From Anaeramoeba ignava BMAN (Eukaryota > Protista > Anaeramoebae): a DNA stretch of 64,000 bases. How positions within the stretch are numbered: the stretch's first letter is position 1; each line of letters begins with the position of its first letter. The position numbers and the translations under genes are program-made. The notes under the pieces are model-generated. The model made no database searches and was not told the DNA's origin. It saw only the letters and a list, made by a program, of their open reading frames with translations. The stretch lies in assembly GCA_028826165.1 (NCBI GenBank), contig JAPDFW010000062.1:124001-188000 (forward strand), in the 5' to 3' direction. Shown piece after piece: positions 39,165 through 52,900 of the stretch.

Positions 39165-40663
39165 TTAAATGAAAAAAGTTTCAAGTTCATCTATCTCCCA
39201 TGATTTAGGTGAACCAGCTAAATAACTTTTCGCTTCATTTGTTCCTTGTTCAATTCCATCAGGCAACTCAAAACTAACTCCAAAATTTGAAACACCACCT
39301 TTAAATGATCTTTCAAACGAAAAATCTGAATAATATTCATTTCCTAAATCAGAACTTAATATTCCTCTTCCGAAACTTGGAAGTAAACCTAAATGATCAT
39401 ACCAGAGAACATAATCTACTTCTTCTTGTTTAACTGGAAACTTCATAGGTTCTCTATCATTCTTATCATTTCTTAATGAAAAAATAAATGCATCTGGATC
39501 AGGAATAAATCCATTATCTCCATAATCAACACTCCATTTAGATCTATCCTCTGTCCATCCAGCTTTGGTATATCCTCCAAAAATGAAATTATCTGTTGTT
39601 TTAGCAATAACTAATGCTTTTCCTTTTTCCATAACTCTTTCACCCCATAATTTAGAATTAAATCCATCTCTTTTTGTTGAAAATCCTTTCTTCATTTTAG
39701 AGAGAAATTCATTATCATTTATCCATTCTTTTAATTTTCTGAAATCTTTTGACTTTCTTTAATTATTGTTGAATCAATTCTAATTCTTGATTTGAAAATG
39801 AATGATTTTTCATTTTGACTTTCTTTTTCAATAAATTCTTCTGGATTTTCAAGTTTTTGGAATTCAATTAGTTTTTCTTTAATATCATTTGGAATTAAAT
39901 CTTCTTCTTCTTTTAAAGTGTTTTCAAGTTCTTCTTTTGAGAAATCAACAAATCTGATCTTATCAATAACATTTGAAATTTGTTTTTGTAATTTTTCTTT
40001 TTCTTCTTTATCAAGTTTTTGATTTTCTTTTTCTTGATTTAAATTAACTTTATGTTTTCCCCATTTCATTAATGATTCAAAAATTTCAAGTTCATTTGTG
40101 AAAATTTCATCATTGGATAATATTGAATTTAAATGATTTTCTTCAAGTTCAACAAAAAACGGAGTTTTGATAAATTCATGAAAATTTGCTAAAAGAAATT
40201 GATAAGCAGAATCAAATAATTGATTGAAATTCACTGATTCAGAAAATTTAAGAACATCAACAACAATCTCAAGTTGTAAATTGTTTTGAATAAAGCTTAA
40301 AGTAATTTCAATTAATTCATCAATTAAGTACTTTGTTGAAAAAATTAAAATTTCGATTGCATTTTCTAAATTAATTCCAATTTTTCCTGAATAAAAATAA
40401 TTCAAAATTAAAGATATAATTGAACTTGAAAAATCTTTTAAAACAACTTTATTTTCTTGAAACTCTTTCATTTTGGAATTGAAAAGAGATTTAAAATATT
40501 GACTTCTTGAAGAAAGTATTGATTTATGAGTTTTAAATGTTATTGGAATTGAATCTTCATTTTGTTGACAAATTATTTCAAAATCAAAATAATTTTCTTC
40601 TTGGTTTTCAAATAAAGTTTTTAAATCATTTGAAAGCTTTTCTAAATTTGAATAATTTTCCAT
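39165..40663 (-). CDS. BTB/POZ-BACK-TLDc protein, copy 2 (+2 nt frameshift near 39750)
   Basis: ORFs 39731-40663 and 39165-39695 together are colinear with copy 1 (1499 vs 1497 nt). Confidence 0.8.
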
Positions 40664-40799
40664 TTATTTTTTTTAAAAAATAATAAAAATAAAAAAAAAA
40701 AAGAAACAAAAAAATTTTTTTCTTTTTAAACTAATTTTTCAAAATTAGAACTTCTTTTTTTTGAAGACAACTTAATATTAATAAACAATAAATTAATTT

Positions 40800-42850
40800 G
40801 ATCATTTTTAATTAAATTTATTTTAAATTACTTATTTAATTTTATTTAATTTCATTTATTCAGTTTATTTTATTAAATTTATTTTAAATTAAATTTTATT
40901 TTATTTAATTTAATTTATTCCAAATTATTTAATTAAATTTATTCTAAATTATTTAATTAATTTAATTCCAAATTATTTAATTAAATTTATTCTAAATTAT
41001 TTTATTAAATTTATTCTAAATTATTTAATTAAATTTATTCCACTTTTTATTAAATTTATTCTAAATTATTTAATTAAATTTATTTTAAATTATTTTATTA
41101 AATTTATTCCATTTTTATTTATTTTATTTTAATTTATTTAATTAAATTTATTTTAAATTATTTTATTAAATTTATTCCAAATTATTTTATTAAATTTATT
41201 CTAAATTATTTTATTAAATTTATTTTAAATTATTTAATTAAATTTGTTTAAACTTTTTATTTATTTTTATTTTAAATTATTTAATTAAATTTATTCTAAA
41301 TTTATTTAATTAAATTTATTCTAATTTATTTTAATTAAATTTATTCTAAATTATTTAATTAAATTTATTCCACTTTTTATTTATTTATTCAAATTTATTT
41401 TAAATTATTCCACTTTTTTTTATCCAATTTTTTTTATTAAATTTATTCCACTTTTTTTATTTATTTTATTCCAAATTATTTTATTTTAATTTATTCCACT
41501 TTTTATTAAATTTATTCTAAATTATTTAATTAAATTTATTCTAAATTATTTAATTAAATTTATTCTAAATTATTTTATTAAATTTATTCCACTTTTTATT
41601 TATTTTATTTTAAATTCATTTTAAATTATTTAAATAAATTTATTTTTTTTATTTATTTAATTTTAAATTATTTTATTAAATTTATTCTAATTTATTTAAT
41701 TAAATTTATTCTAAATTATTTTATTAAATTTATTCCACTTTTTTTATTTATTTAATTTTAAATTATTTTATTAAATTTATTCCACTTTTTTTATTTATTT
41801 TAATTTAAATTATTTAATTAAATTTATTTTTAAATTTTTTATTAAATTTATTCTAAATTATTTTATTAAATTTATTTTAAATTATTTTATTAAATTTATT
41901 CTAAATTATTTTATTAAATTTATTCTAAATTATTTTATTAAATTTATTCCACTTTTTTTATTTAAATTTTATTTTATTTTAAATTATTTTATTAAATTTA
42001 TTTTAAATTATTTAATTAAATTTATTTTAAATTATTTAATTAAATTTATTCCACTTTTTAATTAAATTTATTTTAAATTACTTATTTAATTTTATTTTAT
42101 TAAATTTATTCTAAATTATTTTTATTAAATTTATTTTAAATTATTTTAATTAAATTTATTCCACTTTTTTATTAAATTTATTTTAAATTATTTAATTAAA
42201 TTTATTTTTAAATTATTTAATTAAATTTATTCTAATTTATTTAATTAAATTTATTCTAAATTATTTAATTAAATTTATTTTAAATTATTTTATTAAATTT
42301 ATTCTAATTTATTTAATTAAATTTATTCTAAATTATTTTATTAAATTTATTCCACTTTTTTTATTTATTTAATTTTAAATTATTTAATTAAATTTATTTT
42401 AAATTTTTATTAAATTTATTTTAAATTATTTAATTAAATTTATTCTAAATTATTTAATTAAATTTATTCTTTTTTATTTATTTAATTTTAAATTATTTAA
42501 TTAAATTTATTTTAAATTATTTAATTAAATTTATTCTAAATTATTTTATTAAATTTATTTTAATTTATTTAATTAAATTTATTCTAAATTATTTAATTAA
42601 ATTTATTCTAAATTATTTAATTAAATTTATTCTAAATTATTTTATTAAATTTATTCCAAATTATTTAATTAAATTTATTTTAAATTATTTTATTAAATTT
42701 ATTCTAAATTATTTAATTAAATTTATTCCACTTTTTTTATTAAATTTATTCCACTTTTTTTATTAAATTTATTTCTAAATTATTTAATTAAATTTATTTT
42801 AAATTATTTTATTAAATTTATTTTAAATTATTTTATTAAATTTATTTTAA
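40800..42850. repeat. ~2 kb AT satellite (taaatttatt-based, with interspersed ttattccactttt)
   Basis: Degenerate tandem units with almost no G on the + strand; a shorter homolog lies at 38500-38900. Confidence 0.85.
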
Positions 42851-43099
42851 ATTCCTTTTTTTAGATTTGTTTGAAAAATTTCATCAAAAAAAAAAAAAAA
42901 TTTTTGTTTTTGTTTTTGTTTTATTTTATTGTTTTGTTTTGTTTTATTGTTTTTATGTTGAGTTGTTAAAAAAAAAATAAATAAGAATAATCTGTCGTAA
43001 AAAATAGAAGAAAAAATTTCAAAAAAAAAAGAAAAAAAATTTATTAAAAAAATTATTTCATTTTTTTTTCATTTTGCTTCAAAAAAAACAAAGAAAAAA

Positions 43100-45262
43100 A
43101 TGAATAAAATAATAATAAAAATAATACTTTCAATTTTAATAATTCAAACAGTATTAAACACAAAATTAGTTTGGGTTGAAGAAGGAACAATAATAACAAC
43201 AAACGGACAATCACAAGACAACTTTGGATTCAGCGTTAAAATCAGTGAAGATACTATTGTGTCCGGAGCACCACAAGCAACAATAGCAAACAAAAGCGGA
43301 CAAGGAGCAGTTTATATATTTCAAAATAACGGAACAAATTGGAATCAAATGCAAATTTTGACAGCTAGCGACGGAAAAGCTGGCGACAATTTCGGAAACA
43401 GTTTGGCTATCCAGGACTCAATTCTCGTCATCGGCGCTTATTATTCTAACGTTTCCACTAACCATTCACAAGGAAAAGTTTATGTTTTCCAAAATAACGG
43501 AACAAATTGGATCGAAAGTCAAATTTTGACAGCTAGCGACGGTTCTTCTGGTGATTGGTTCGGAAAAAGCGTGGCAATCAATGGAAATTATATTGCGATC
43601 GGTGCGCAAAATGCGAATACAAGCGCAAACGGAGTCAATCAAGGAAAAGCTTATGTTTTCCAAAATAACGGAACAAATTGGAATCAAATGGAAATTTTGA
43701 CAGCTAGCGATGGCGCTTCAGGAGATTGGTTCGGAACAAGCATAGGTGCAAATGGGAACTATATTGTGATAAGCTCAGTCAGAGCAAATGTCAGCAATAA
43801 CACTCAACAAGGAAAAGTGTATGTTTTTACAAATAACGGAACCAATTGGATCGAAAGTGAAATTTTGACAGCTAGCGATGGTGCTTCTGGAGACGCTTTT
43901 GGATCAAGTATTGCTATTCTCGCAAACGACATCATCATCGGATCTCCAAAGGCAGAGGTCGGCACTAATGCAGACCAGGGCAAAGCGTATTACTACCAGA
44001 ACAATGGATCGAGCTGGGTCCAGAAAAGTATTCTTGTGGGAACTAACGGAGCAAAAGGCGATAATTTCGGTGCAAGTGTTGATGTTTCTTCTGAATATCT
44101 CATTGTTGGCGGTCCAAGAGCAGCCGTCGACGGAAAAACCGACCAAGGAAAAGCATGGATGTTCAGCAAACAAGGCGGCGATTGGACAAGTGATGGTGAG
44201 GTTGTTTCTAGAGATGGGCAAGCCCACGACAACTTCGGAAGTAGTGTGAGTATTTCTGTCAACCGCTCTGCAGTCGGTGCTTTTGGCGCAGAAGTCGGCC
44301 AGAACACGGAACAGGGAAAGACTTATTTTGTGGGACTTGTTGAAGCGCCTCCGCCAGTTACGATTGATTTTTGCGGTGCAATGTTTTCGCAATTCAATTG
44401 CACTTGGGAAGATCTTGGAAGTGACATTTCTTATGACATCAATTACAACGGAAACTGGCAAAATATCAATAATTCGCAGTATAACGGAACAAGTTACACA
44501 AAAGTGTTTGGATCACCAGAATTTACTGATATCACAGGAAACGTTGATTATTCTGTGCAAATCCGAGGATGTAACACAACAACAACAGCATGTGGAGATG
44601 GATCAACAGTTTACAATGTGTTGACACGAATTGACGCAGTAAAGACTTTATCCGGAATTCCAAGTGGAGATTACATTGATTTATCATGGAACTATCCAGA
44701 TGTTCCAATGGAAAACAGTGTACCAAAGTTGAATCACTATTTGATTTCTTATAAGGGAACGGGACCAACATCAATGGTGTCAGTTTCAAATATTACTTTG
44801 ACAGCTAGAATTTCCAATTTAACAACAACAGAACAATATGCCATCAAGATTTGGGCCTGCAGAACCGCTCTTTGCACAGGTGAGGATGCTGGAGAGGATA
44901 GTTCAATTGATGTCACAACCTCATTTGGAACTGTAAATGATCTCTATTGTGTTAGTTCAGGCTTCACTAGTTTGTATTGTTCTTGGTCTCCTCCTCAATC
45001 CACTTTTGTTCCTTATTTCTATAATCTTACTTATATTACCTCAATGCCTAGTGAAAATGGTACGGAAATTGTTAACTCTACCCAGGAAATGTTCGATATT
45101 TCTTATCCTCTTCGTCCTTATACTGTCTATCTTTCTGCTTGTAATCAGGATTCTTATTGTGGTATTCTTTCTCAATATGATCTTTATGCTGGTTATAGTT
45201 CAGCTTCTTTTGTTTCTTTTGTCTTTTGGTTTGTTGCGTTACTTTTTGTTTTTGTTTGGTAG
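43100..45262 (+). CDS. Cell-surface FG-GAP repeat beta-propeller + fibronectin type III-like domains, C-terminal hydrophobic (GPI/TM) tail
   Basis: Signal peptide; ~7 LTASDGxxGDxFGxSxAIxxxxIVIGA repeats; FN3-like W...Y...Y.V.I.AC segments; terminal FVSFVFWFVALLFVFVW; intronless. Confidence 0.85.
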   Translation: MNKIIIKIILSILIIQTVLNTKLVWVEEGTIITTNGQSQDNFGFSVKISEDTIVSGAPQATIANKSGQGAVYIFQNNGTNWNQMQILTASDGKAGDNFGNSLAIQDSILVIGAYYSNVSTNHSQGKVYVFQNNGTNWIESQILTASDGSSGDWFGKSVAINGNYIAIGAQNANTSANGVNQGKAYVFQNNGTNWNQMEILTASDGASGDWFGTSIGANGNYIVISSVRANVSNNTQQGKVYVFTNNGTNWIESEILTASDGASGDAFGSSIAILANDIIIGSPKAEVGTNADQGKAYYYQNNGSSWVQKSILVGTNGAKGDNFGASVDVSSEYLIVGGPRAAVDGKTDQGKAWMFSKQGGDWTSDGEVVSRDGQAHDNFGSSVSISVNRSAVGAFGAEVGQNTEQGKTYFVGLVEAPPPVTIDFCGAMFSQFNCTWEDLGSDISYDINYNGNWQNINNSQYNGTSYTKVFGSPEFTDITGNVDYSVQIRGCNTTTTACGDGSTVYNVLTRIDAVKTLSGIPSGDYIDLSWNYPDVPMENSVPKLNHYLISYKGTGPTSMVSVSNITLTARISNLTTTEQYAIKIWACRTALCTGEDAGEDSSIDVTTSFGTVNDLYCVSSGFTSLYCSWSPPQSTFVPYFYNLTYITSMPSENGTEIVNSTQEMFDISYPLRPYTVYLSACNQDSYCGILSQYDLYAGYSSASFVSFVFWFVALLFVFVW

Positions 45263-45279
45263 AGAACACAAGAATTTTT

Positions 45280-46060
45280 AAAGAATTTTATAAAAGAATT
45301 TAACAAGAATTTAACAAGAATTTAACAAGAATTTTATAAAAGAATTTATAAAAGAATTTAACAAGAATTTAACAAGAATTTAACAAGAATTTATAAAAGA
45401 ATTTAACAAGGATTTTATAAAAGAATTTTATAAAAGAATTTTAAATCAAAATTTTAAATCAATTTTAAATCAATTTTTAAATCAATTTAATTAGAAATTT
45501 TAAATCAATTTTATAAAAGAATTTAACAAGAATTTAACAAGAATTTATAAAAGAATTTTATAAAAGAATTTAACAAGAATTTAACAAGAATTTAACAAGA
45601 ATTTAACAAGAATTTTATAAAAGAATTTAACAAGAATTTTAAAAAAGAATTTATAAAAGAATTTAACAAGAATTTAACAAGAATTTTATAAAAGAATTTT
45701 TAAAGAATTTTTAAAGAATTTTTAAAGAATTTTAAATCAATTTTTTAAAAGAATTTTAAATCAATTTTATAAAAGAATTTAACAAGAATTTAACAAGAAT
45801 TTTTAAAGAATTTATAAATCAATTTTTAAATCAATTTAATTAGAAATTTTAAATCAATTTTTTAAATCAATTTTTAAATCAATTTTATAAAAGAATTTTT
45901 AAAAGAATTTTAAATCAATTTTATAAAAGAATTTAACAAGAATTTTAAATCAATTTTATAAAAGAATTTTTAAAAGATTTTTTAAAAGATTTTTAAAAGA
46001 TTTTTAAAAGATTTTTTAAAGATTTTTATAAGATTTTTAAAAGATAAAAAATATTAAAAG
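45280..46060. repeat. Intergenic ~11-12 nt repeat (aagaatttaac/aaaagaatttt) between convergent genes
   Basis: Visible tandem units. Confidence 0.8.
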
Positions 46061-46082
46061 ATTTTTAAAATTCTTTATTAAA

Positions 46083-49000
46083 TTATTTCTTCTTCTTTGA
46101 ATCAATATTTCTGGGAAGTTTCCTTTCAAAAGTTGTTTTCCCTAAAATAATCTTCTCTTTCCTTGATTTCTCTTCATTAACACTTCCAAGTAATAACCTT
46201 AATTTTGCTGAATCAATAATTCTCTCAGTTTCTTTTTGATATACTATTGACTTCCTTCTCTCTTTCTCATCTTCCTTATTCAACTGATCCCTCTTTAAAT
46301 TAACATCTCCCAACTTTTCTTTCTCTTCTAAATTTCCTAATTCCCTCTTTGAATCCAAATCAATGCTTTTTTCTTGTTCTCTTAAAAATTGATTGTGTTT
46401 TTTCAAAGCATTTATAAATTTTCGATTTTTTTTATCAGAAATATCATTTCCTTTCAACAATTTCAAAGCAAGTAAATCCATTTCACTTTCCGTTTTTTTT
46501 GACGGTTTATTTGAAGACGAAAAAATTGTTTTCTTGAGAATTTCAGTTGAATTTGAAAGAACAAATTTCGCAAGATCAAATGCAAATTGTCTTAAAAAAT
46601 TATTCCATGTCCAAGCAGTACTTGAATAAGTAAAATCATTTGTTTGCAGTTCTAAATCCTCGAAATTCGCAAAGAATTTTTTCTGCTCATCTTTGAAACT
46701 AATTTTAAGCTCAATTGATGTCACTTTGATATAATTGAAAATAATGTTTCTTGATGCTCGATATTTCATAAGTGTAAGATCATCAATTGCACGTTGCTTT
46801 GTTTTCTGTTTAACTAGGTTCGTTGTTTCCTGCGGTTTTTTTTTCTGATTCTTCCCTTTTTTCAATGTGTTTTCTTCATTCCATTTTTCGCCTAATCCGG
46901 TTTTCTTATTTTTTGCTTGATTATTTTTTTCAACATTTGACAAATGATTGCTATTATTGCTAATATTCTCATTTCCAGTTGTTTCTGATAAATTTTCATT
47001 TTTGGAACCATCATCATTTCGAACAAAAAAATCTTGCAAATGCGAATCTTTCAATCTTTCATTGGGAACAAAATTTGCATGAAGACTCGAGAAATCTTGT
47101 TTCAAAAGAGTTTCTAGAACAATAACTGGATCTTGAATAACATAAACCTGCTGGTCTGAATTAGATTCAACAATATTTGGATCAATAACTTCAACTGAAT
47201 CAAATGAGTTTCGCGAGTGATGCGCGCTTTTTGATTCATTTATATTCGCTGAAACAACAACAGCAACATTTTTTGGATCATTTTCCAAATCCTTTTTGGC
47301 TTTTCCTTTCTTCTTAAAAAACGGCAGATGAAGTTTTGCTCGAAAACCTTTTTTTGCTTTTGTCTTTATATCCTCATTTTTCTGCAATCCATGACCTGAA
47401 TCACCACCTCCAAGTCCTTGTAAAAATTTCTGTCTTGCTTTATCTTTTGGATTTTGTGCCTGGAATGATTCAATAAATTGAATTCGATGTTTTTGTTTTG
47501 CTGTTTTTTTGCGATCCTTTGAATTTCCAATCTCGCGATTTTTGGGGTTGATTTTCTCATTCATATTCACATCCAAATCAGTGGGATTGCTCATCCCAAA
47601 TTTCTCATCAAAAATACTCACAATGCCATGATAACTATCGATATTTTTGCTTGGATTGTCGAAATTTTCAAATAAAAAGTGGTACATTTTAACACAAAAA
47701 TCCTTAGTCAATTTGATTGTGATTGGATGAATATTGACTTCAAAATGGTCGTAAATCTGGATTCCTCCAACAGGAGCACTTGTCTTGGCTCTGATCAAGA
47801 AGGATGTGTTATCCTTGCTCCATCCCTGCTCTCTCATATGCGTTGGAATAAGCACATCAGGATAAATTGACTTCCGATCTAAATTCTGAATCAAAATGGA
47901 GCTAAATTCGTATCTGTTTGAAGACGAACCGTCTTCGTATTCAACGATAACTCCTCGTAATTTAGAAAGACTAATTCGTGTAAAAGCCTGTTTGAATTCA
48001 TCCACAAGTTCCCATCCCATTTCCGAAAATAAATACCGCATCTGATACGTTGGGATCTTAAGTTTTTCCTTCTTTTTTTGCGTTTCCATTCTTAGTTTAA
48101 TAAACTCAGTTATTTTCCGCATTTCCTCTTGTTTGCGTCGAATCTGCTCAAGAAGATGCTCTTGTTTCTTCACATTTTCTCGGTTCATTTGCGAACCATC
48201 TTTATCCTGCGAGGTTTGCTGGAAAGCGAGTAAAGTCTCTGAAATACTCACTTCTTTTTTCAACATTTGCAGTTGCGATTTTTTCTCAACAAGTCCTTCT
48301 TCTTTGTCAATATCCAGCGATAAAAGCTCCTCATCGATTTGCTCTTGGAAAAAAGCACGCGGTGTTTTACCGCCAAAGATCCACATCAAAACATCATAAA
48401 ATTGTTGATATTCGCGGGAATTTGTTCTGAGGAAAAATTTCTTAAAATAAATAGTGAAATCATCAACTTTGTGATTTGTTTCAAAAATTCCATATTCATC
48501 TCCCCGTTTTTTTGTGTGGATATATGTTTTTCTGTTGTATAATGTCCAATAAATATGCCACAAAGAAAGTGGGACAATTTGCTTGAGCTCTGAGCCCTTG
48601 ATTTCTCGTTCATTCAATTTAATATATCGTGCTGGAACCCACAGAATTTGACTTGATTCTTGGTTTATTTTGCGTGAGTTTTGCAGCGTTTTCTTATCAA
48701 ATTTCGTATTTGTTTTTGCTGTGAAGATTTGCGAATTACTAAATGCAATTTGAAGAAGATTCTTCTCAAAATCGGAATAACAAAGAAGAATCACATTTTC
48801 TGAAGGCATTACAAGACAAGCCTGAGCTTCTTCTGATTCCATATTGATTTGCATATAAATAAACTTGACTGAATAATTTTTTTCCATATCAACTTTGGTT
48901 TTCTTGATGTTTCTCAGCTCTTCTTCAACACGATCTGCATTTGTTTCTGTTATTTTTTGTTCTGTTTCTTTTTCTTTTTCTTTTTCTTTTTCTTTTTCTT

Positions 49001-49878
49001 TTTCTTTTTCTTTTTTCATTTTTTTGGAATTTCTTCGTTTTTTATCTTCAATATCTTCAATTTTATTCATAATCATTTGATAAGTATCAATCCATCCATA
49101 TATTGCACTTCGTATATCTCTTGTAACATAAAATTTAAATTTATCAAATATCCATTTCTTTGGGAATTTCCCAAATTCTTTTTCTTCCTCAAATTCATTT
49201 TGATTTTGATTTTGATTTTGATTTTGATTTTGATTTTGATTTTGATTTTGATTTTGATTTTGATTTTGATTTTGATTTTGATTTTGATTTTGATTTTGAT
49301 TTTCATGTTCACTTTCATTCTCACTTTCATTTTCATCAGCAATCCCTCCAAAAAGATAATCTGTTTTATGAAATTTTGTTGCAAATCTTCGTCGATTTTC
49401 CTTTTTTTGTTCTAAAATGTAATCATTTGCTTTGATATTTTGATTTGGATCTTTTTCTATTGTTTTTTGATATTGAATTTCATGACATCGAGCCCAAATA
49501 TCTCCTAAGTAATCCCCTTCAGCTTTACTTTTTTGGAAAATCAATTCTCCTTCTGGTGTATAAAGAACAGAATATGATTTTTGGAAATGGATATAAGCTT
49601 TTGAAATTTCCCATTCTAAAATTTAAAAATTTAAAATTTAAAAATTAAAAATTTAAAAATTTTGAAAATTTGAAAATTATAATTAAAATTTACGCTCATT
49701 TCTTGTCATATTCCCAATAAATTGAACTTCTCGACTAAAAAATTCAATTCCATGGTTTGTTAATTTTTTATTTTTATCCAATTCTCTTTTCAAATCTTGG
49801 TTTATATCTTCTTCTTTTTCAATAAAATCATAAGTACGATTTTGATTTGAATTATTTTCATCATCTCTATTATTATTG

Positions 49879-49913
<35 letters not shown>

Positions 49914-52900
49914 GTAATCATCCTCACTAATATCAAAATGAGGCATTAATGTTGATGCAATTTGCCAAATTTTAAGATTAAAATCTTCAAGAGTGATTCC
50001 AAAATCAATTTCTTTGATATGCTTTCCAAATGAAGTTACAACAATATTTTTATTTTCATTTTTATTTTCATTTTCTTTTTTCTTTTCTTGAAAAATTTCG
50101 TTTCGATTCAACTTCTTTTTTTTAGAGCAAAGATGAATTGGTGGATCTGCAAAAAAATCCCATAATTCATAAATCCAGAGAATTGTATTCAAATCTGCTA
50201 TAAAAGATGTTGTAATTTCATTTTGTTTTTCGTTTTGTTTTTCATTTTGATTTTCAGTTTTCATTTTCATTTTCATTTTGATTTTCATTTTCATTTTCAC
50301 GAAAGCATTTCAAAACTGTCTTGATATTCAATCCATATGAACGAAATTGTGAATAAGTATCATAATCGAGATTGTTAAATTTTTGTAAATCAAGATCAAC
50401 ATTTCGATGATCAAAAGGATCATCACCCTCATTTTGTAATATCCAATTAAACCAAACATTTAATTGGAAACAGGGTGATTGAAAAGAAGCATTATTGCCT
50501 TGATAAGAAGGAATCTTTATAATACGCACAGCTTTGGAAACCCATTTTATTTTCCCAACATTGGAATTGATAATTGATGCATTTTGGAATTGTAATTGAA
50601 GACGAGAGAATTTTTTGTGTATTTTAACATGTTTCAACAAATCAACTTTCAAAAAATTACAATTAAAAATAAACTTCCCATGAAGCAGAAACCGAAATTT
50701 ATCCCACCAAGCCAATTTTGGACTTGGATCTTTGCTTTTGGGTGTTAGACGATCTCCTGCAAGTGAAATCTCCCTGAAAACAGGTTCAAAAACTGGAGTA
50801 TATGTGATTAATCCTTCTGAAGAATTAAGTTCAAGATTGTAAAAGTTTTTCATTGGAAGCATTGTGCGAGGTATTTTAATTTCTAATCCATCAAATGATA
50901 TTTTCTGATAAAATACATGCTTTTCGTTGATTGCTTCTTCTTCACAAGTAATAAATATCCCTTTTAATATGACTTTTGCTAATGTTATTGGACAAAATGG
51001 GAAATCTCGAACTCGGGTTGAAACTTCTTCTGCTTGACAATATATACTGATCCCATAAATATCACTATATTCTATTTTTTGAGACTCTCCATTTTGCTTA
51101 TAATAATCCAGCAAGGAAATCTGTTTCTTAAGATTGTCATATCCTGTTAATTCCTTCCCGTTTTGCATGATAAGATCCATATTATTCATACAAAGTCTGA
51201 AAAGTATTGCTTGGTTTTGTAAAAGATTTTTGAATTTCGATGTGCGTTTGCAATAAATTTCTGCATTCTTTTTCTCAAGAAGTTTGAACGCTTGAATTTT
51301 CTTTTCCCCAGAAACACCAAGTGCCTCAAGTTTTTGGGAAAGGATTTCATATCTATGTTTTTGTAATTTATATTCGTCTTGGAAAATATTGAAACTATTA
51401 GTCAAAAATATTTCAAAAATATCATCATCAAAATCAAAATTGAAATTGTCAGCTCGAATCCTCACGGGTATTTCTAAAGCATTCATCAATGACTTATCCT
51501 TTCTTTTATATTTTAAAAGCTCTCTCTGTCTTATTTTCACAGCTTTATATGTAACTTTAATATCGTCAAGTGCCTTCCCAAAATCAAATTCATAAGGCAA
51601 CACAAACATAAATTGCTCGAAATTTAGCACTAATCCTTTTTCATCTGTTTTCTCCAATTCTTGTGGTTTTGCTCCATTAGTATATTCATATCGAAGAGGA
51701 TATGATCCTTTGCTTCGATTGATTCCAAAATTCGCTTCAATAAAAGGTTTTGCATAATTTTCTTCAAGATAATTGCTAGTCAATTCAAATGCTCCTTTTG
51801 AGAATTGCATGATATTATTCCCATTAATAAGAAGCTCTGCTTGGTTAATTGTAAATATAAGTTCGTTTGTGAGAGCTTTAGTTTCATGGAGAATAATTGA
51901 AACAAAGACTTGATTATTACAATTAAAGTTGATAACAGATGCTGGAATTGATAATGTAATTGATTTGCGCAATTTTTTTTCTTCATTTTCTTTTTTTGCT
52001 TCATTTCCAATTAATTGCTTCAAAGAATCGCTCGCATGAATATAATAATTAATAATTGCAATTTGTGCATTTGCGAGCCATTCAATATAGCAATTACTTG
52101 AATATATATTATAAGAAGAGTCTGCTTCTTCAATTAATAAATTTTCAAAAGAAAGAAGTGTTGTATATTTCTTCGAAGCTCCTTCTGTTTGATAATAATG
52201 AAGACCAATATATTTGGTATTAATTTTGACAATATTTGTTGATGTGGAAAATGCAAAAGATAATTGGTTTGATTGTAAATAAATCCCATCTTTTTTTTCG
52301 GGAAATTGATTTTCCATATAAGATATTTTAATAAGTGTAATATCCACAGATAAATTGATTATTCTTGCTCTTTTCTTTGAAACTTGATTTTGTTCTGTTT
52401 TCTCTTTTTTCATCATCTTCATTTTTGCTTTTAATTGTAATATTGTTGATAATAAATCATCACTAAACCCAACTGTGAAAGATTGAGAACGGATTTGGAT
52501 ATTTAGATGATCTTTCTTATTATCGTTATCGTTATCGTTTTGTTCTTTTGTTGTACTTTTTGAAAGCGGAAAAGTTATGTTCATTTTCGTTTTCAGTAAA
52601 TTGAATAGTTTGATCTTTTTTTGGTTTATTAAAAATACTTCAAATTGATCCAAATCAACTTTCATATTCATTGAATAGGATTCTTCCTTTTCAACATTTG
52701 CGTTTCTCATCAATTTTACTCGTAGATTTTCTTGAATTGGTTTTGATATATTAAATCCAAGTTGTATGCTTAACTTTGTGAGTAGAAAATTTGCAATTTT
52801 TTCAGAATTGATCGAGAATGCTGTATTGATTTTTTGAAATGATATTGAAACTGTAATTACAGAAAGATATGAATATAGTTTTGAATTATTGTTTGTTTTT

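Noticed and set aside
40800-42850. Centromere or replication origin
   Set aside because: AT satellite alone is not evidence, and a shorter homolog lies upstream of the other BTB copy
50254-50300. BLTP2 split into separate genes
   Set aside because: The frame change lies in an ENENQN repeat and the domain order is continuous, so it is probably an indel or a small intron
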